Assembly (NCBI GenBank): GCA_021432655.1
Contig: MU271410.1
Coordinates: 1 to 64,000 of the forward strand
DNA length: 64,000 nt
Source of the DNA: Atractiella rhizophila
Taxonomy: Eukaryota
Direction: 5' to 3'
Shown here: in pieces, positions 59,363 through 64,000 of the stretch
Layout of the letters: the number at the start of each line of letters is the position of its first letter
Numbering within the stretch: the stretch's first letter is position 1
Made by a program: the position numbers and the translations under genes
Notes under the pieces: model-generated
Told to the model about the DNA's origin: nothing
Database searches by the model: none
Seen by the model: the letters and a program-made list of their open reading frames with translations, nothing else

Positions 59363-60876
59363 TTATTGATCGTCAGTCAACGTCACCGCAACTGAACCAC
59401 GCATGATTTCCCTTGCAGTTCTTTCCACCACGCTATGAGGAATTCCCCCTTCGTCTCTCAACGTTCCCTCAACAATTCCAGCTGGATGCGCCACGACGAC
59501 ACTGCTTGCAGAGCTACCCGTCGTGGCTGAACCAGAGATGAGAGAAGGCAAAGATCCTTTATACTTTTGGGAGAGGACCAAATTGGCGAGCGTTGTACCA
59601 GGGATGGTGCGGTGGAAGTTGCCAACGCTTATGGCTCTGACAATGAGAGAAGGAGCGGGCTTATCCGCACCGAGCGTCGATCCATCTGTGAACTTGATGG
59701 GATGCTTAGGGTTGACGCGGTCGAGCAAGACAATTTTTGGTCCTGCAGATGTCATCGGGATATGATACTACAGCGATAAGAGCCTGTTAGCGGATTGTGA
59801 CTAGGGTAGGAGCCACCCACAGTTTGGCAGATTTCTTTGCGGATACCTTCAAGTATTTGATGTAGCTCTGGTGTGGAATCCAGTTCAGCTGGCTGAAGGA
59901 TTTGCAGAGGGGGAACCGAATTCTTTGTCTGGTATATGTCAATCAAGTGGCCTATTTCTTGCCAGTCAAGGAAGATGTTCGCAAGTCCGGCATCGATGAC
60001 TGAGAACTTAAACTGTTTGACAATATCAAAACATCTCTGCAACAAGAAACTGAAAGACCTTATCATTCAGAGTATCCAACTCTCTGGATGTGACCAGCCC
60101 CATCGTCTTCTCAGCTGCTGCCTTTGCGCTCTTCAAAGGGGTCCAACACTGGATCCTAGTCCCTTTTCCAGGAACTCCGGCAATGTGAGTAGTCCAAAAA
60201 TGGTCTTCACCTGAAGAACCAGGGAGATAGACATTCCCAGATGCATGATCAATGGGAACCTGGCAAGTAAATATGGTACCGATGCCAGCTGCAAGGATGC
60301 GAATACTTTGAGTGGAAATGGCTGCATCTTCAGATTCAGTTGGTTGGACAATCCCATGGTTGACTGCGGCATGTGCAACTGCTGAGAGCATGTTTCCACA
60401 GGTTCCAGACCTTGGAATGAATCAGTTCTGTTGCAGCCAAGCAATGAACAAGATCAAACCAATCCAAATTGTCATTCCTTACTCCAACCTGACAGAAGCT
60501 AGGTACAAAAGATGAGGTTGCATCTTTGTCACGGGCTAGAGTGTGCTCACCGATATACGACGTCCCATCCGTTCTCCCCTTTTGCCCGTTGCACGTCATC
60601 GGCCCATTCCACACCTTCTAACCTTCCATACTTCCTCATACTGTCCAAACCTTCTCCCGGGGCGCTGATAACGCACGCCTTACTAAGAGAGCTTACTCCA
60701 CCTCCAAGGCCATCAATCTGGCGACCATTCGGGTCTGGAGATCCAAGACTTTGAAGCAGAACTTGGGCACGAGCGGACGGCCGCAAGGATGCGAGATGGG
60801 AGGCACGGAAAATGAGACCGCGGCTTGTTCCACCGCGGTAGAAGAAAGCTGGGATATGGTGGAGTGAAGCGACCAT
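59363..60876 (-). CDS. PrpF/DUF453-family isomerase (aconitate/methylaconitate/methylitaconate delta-isomerase-like)
   Basis: 'PAFFYRGGTSRGLIF', 'LGSPDPNGRQIDGLGGGVSSLSK', 'SGTCGNMLSAV', 'SVIDAG', 'SVGNFHRTIPGT', 'HPAG' and 'RTAREIMRGSV'. Confidence 0.9.
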
Positions 60877-62065
60877 TTCAATATTCGCTCAATCGTGTGA
60901 AGATGCAGCCTCCTCCTTCCCCACCTTTCAATCTGGGTCTTCTTTCATTAATGCACTTTGACCAGGCTTATTAGTCACCCTCGTCACTAAAGTTTAAAGT
61001 CATGTGATTCCACCCAGCTCTTTGTGATAACGCTTTCCGATATAGAATATTGGATTATGTGTGCATGGCAACAGAAGGGATATAGGCCACCGTATAGAGT
61101 CAGACACTTCGAGGAAGTCAGAATGCGGCAAGCCCAGTATTGATCGCAATTGAAAAATGAAAATCGAAATACAAATCTGCCATGTGGATTCGCTTAGAGC
61201 TCAGAGAGCAAAAAAGAAAAACTCTTTTGAAGCAAGCAATGTCAAGTGATGAACGAATATCTATCAACAAAATCGAGGAAATGGAAATGCAGAGAGTAGA
61301 TACAGGATGGTGGATTGACACTAAAAATGGCCCGTCTCTGAATACCATCAACGGGAGAATTGCATTGTATCCATGTAGGAATCAGAGTCACCATTAGCTT
61401 CCGCACTGATCAGAACTACTTGATCATATACGGCAGATAGCATTCGTCTTGCAGATACCTTTTGTCGCGGAGGAGGCCCCGAGGAGGTATCACTCATCAC
61501 TGGAGAAGCCATTTGCACAATTTGGCGGACCTCCCTCCCGTATTTTCCCTCTTCAGCTCCGAAAAAGACATGCGCACCAATACTCGGCCGCAAAAATGCA
61601 CATCCAGCATTAACACTCCCTCGTTATTCTAAGACGCCTTCCAGCCAAATTAGGCTTATTCTCCCCATTAATCGCAATCTCATCAGTTTCACTGGAACAG
61701 ATCAGCAACTCCTTCACGTTTCCCTCAGTAAAGAGCCTAGAGGTTTAACGTCGGTATTTCTTGCTAAGGCATACTGAAACCGTCGATCTTGCAGTCGGAG
61801 AGGCAGGAGAGCAATAGCTTGCCCATGACATGGTTATTTAAAGGACGTAGAATACCGACTTCACGCATGGCTGGAAGAAACTGCGATTATGAGAGGGAGC
61901 AGAACATGGAGGCTTACGAAAGTGAGACCCTGACCCTAAGTCACGCAGACATTGACTAGTTAAGCGAGCAATCTGAAGCATTGGTGCACAGGTGTGTTAC
62001 GGATTAGGTATATCAACTAGGCGTCCCTAGTATAGAAGTATGCTTTTGATGATTGTTCAAATAAA

Positions 62066-64000
62066 TTAGTAAGCTGCTCCCCTTCCAGCTGCTTTCCTTG
62101 GATCAGCGACAGCAGTGAACGTGCCATCCTGTTCAGATGACAATCAGGTCCCCCAAGTAACTGCGATGGAGGAAGAGTGCCCTTACCCAATCTCTCGTGA
62201 TGACATGGCTCGTGCTACCCTGATCGTCAGTGTACGAGATATTATGTCCTCTCCCCTTCAAGAATTCAACAGTAGCATTGTTGAATCCCGCAATACGGGG
62301 TGTTTTCCATTCCACCTGTGCCCCTGCTCTTCAATATCCTCGAAGACAGACAGAAGGAGGAAAGACAACATACATAAGTGACGTTCCCGAGCTGATCGTG
62401 CCACCTTGGCTCGTGAGCGCTTTCCCAAGCATCCTTACCCCAATCCACGAACTGGCTGATATGCTCCAGGTTCGCAGTAATGATCCTGCTTCCTCCAGCT
62501 GCGCCAGTAATATATTGCAAGGTCCCAGTTTGAAGATCCTCCACCATGCTCGCACTGATGGAACTTTGGGGTCTCTTTCCTGGACGGATGTAGTTCGCTG
62601 GAGAAGCAGCGTAGCCGAATGCGTTCGTTTGTCCCGGACTCTGTAACGGCATTCAGCGTGTTGCAAGCGAGAGAAGCGGGGAGCTGGGCAGAAGAGAGAC
62701 ATACGGAGAAATCGTCCATTTCATCGTTCAAGATAATACCATCGTCAGTCATGACTTGACTACCCCAATAAAGGTTCACAGTGGTAGTGAGAGTGACGGC
62801 GAGGCCGCTGTCGTCCACGGTTGCAATGTGGGAGGTCCCATGATCGTCAAGTACGACGTTGTTGTCTGGGTTCTGCCTCACATCTTCATAAATATGGATC
62901 AATAACAGGATTGAACCGCGCACATAGTAAACAGCAGGATGGCTCGTATTGTCAATCCTGACCCTGGCAGCTTCATAAACAGCCGGGGTAAGACTTTGCC
63001 TGCCCATCATCAGCATTAGCCCTTCGCTCCAATGTTGAGAAAAGAAGCAGACAACACACTTTTCTAACCACGACACATTCTTCGTGAACGCGGGATCTCC
63101 ATACTCCGTCCTCTGGGCATATCCCCATCTATCAGCCTCAATAATCCGATGAGTGCTCTCATTCCATCCCAGCTTTTTAGGTTCAAATCCCTCGAATATT
63201 TTGAGGGCACTCAGCACCACCGTACCACTGCTGGGTGCGATGGTGGAAGTGACCTTATGACCGCGATAGCTGATTTGGGCGGGAGAACGCTCGATAGCTG
63301 TGTAGGATTGGAGGTCGGAGAGTTGGATTATCCCGGAACGGTTTCCAGCAGCTTTGCGAGGGAGTCAGGAATGACCGATTCAGGGGAAGAAAGACAAACC
63401 ATAGACGATGTTTTCCGCAATGCTAGAGTGGTAGAAGTATGACGGGCCGTTGTTTGCTATTCTGTTGCCTCCCACGATTAAGCTGAGAAGGAACATATGA
63501 GAAGAGACACACCTCTCTAACGTGTCCGCCAAACGGTGTCGATAACAGGTGTCCCCTTCCTTCAGTAGTGTCCCATTAGGAGCGAAAGATTCAGCCCATA
63601 GTGTATCGTTGAGCAAGAACGGGTAAGTATCTATTCTCTCATCAATGCGGCGGAGAGGTAGGTCGTGATTAAAGACATACTGGCATTCAAAGCATTTGCC
63701 AAATCCACATGGACCTTAAACCCTCCCCTTGCCAATTCGACGACAGGAGTAACGATTTCCTTCCACGACAGCTTGCCAAAGCGTCCATGCAACTTCTCCC
63801 ATCCCCTCATCTCTCCTGGCACTCCTACAGCCAATCCTCCGACCGTCGAAGGCTTCGGAATGGTTGAGTTGAGATACATAGTCTCATTTCCTAGAGCAGG
63901 CATGGTCTCTCGGAAGTCGAAGGATGTATACTCGTGGCTCCAAGACGTGATTTGGCCCGTGGATGAGTAGTGTGCCTTCGGATAGCGGACCAGCATGAAT
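62066..64000 (-). CDS. Gamma-glutamyltranspeptidase (5' end outside the window)
   Basis: 'FDFRETMP', 'LAVGVPGEMRG', 'DHGTSHIATVD...LTTTVNLYWGS' (Thr nucleophile), 'ILNDEMDDFS', 'NYIRPGKRPQSS', 'GAAGGSRI' and 'AVADPRK'. Confidence 0.94.

Noticed and set aside
61118..61600. Short ORFs between PrpF and GGT
   Set aside because: No recognisable domain and no consistent exon chain.
1..64000. CRISPR arrays, rRNA/tRNA genes, autonomous transposase or reverse-transcriptase ORFs
   Set aside because: None was recognised by eye. tRNAscan/Infernal were not run, so small or intron-containing RNA genes could be missed.

Overview
Intron-rich fungal genomic DNA, most likely a basidiomycete. Introns are short (about 50-60 nt), with GTRAGT/GTGCGT donors and CTRAC branch points. 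There are about 20 recognisable genes: FIT/Scs3, ARPC4, BI-1, a SPRY-like protein, an HSL-type lipase, an FAD amino-acid oxidase, Osh1/2-type OSBP, BCS1, Sec14, centrin, a linoleate diol synthase DOX-CYP fusion, RPP2, RPS15, ADE6, CorA and NIPA Mg2+ transporters, RPS2, a thioesterase, PrpF and GGT. There is one assembly gap. Five things stand out. (1) A ~5.3 kb segment (52213-57557) is bounded by 25-bp inverted repeats and a degenerate 8-9 bp target-site duplication. It has no visible transposase and carries decayed host-gene cargo (an SHMT C-terminal piece, a deleted Mss116-like DEAD-box helicase, an orphan exon), so it looks like a Pack-MULE-type gene-capturing element. (2) A ~4.2 kb tandem duplication covers RPP2, RPS15 and the 5' part of ADE6, and the copies differ almost only at synonymous sites. 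(3) An unnamed gene has a KEN box and a DVEHMP motif and is a securin candidate. (4) CorA and NIPA form a head-to-head pair, and the CorA GMN motif is assembled from micro-exons across a GC-AG intron. (5) A ~38-bp motif is shared by the ribosomal-protein promoters. Exon boundaries were read by eye, and multi-exon gene spans are approximate where noted.
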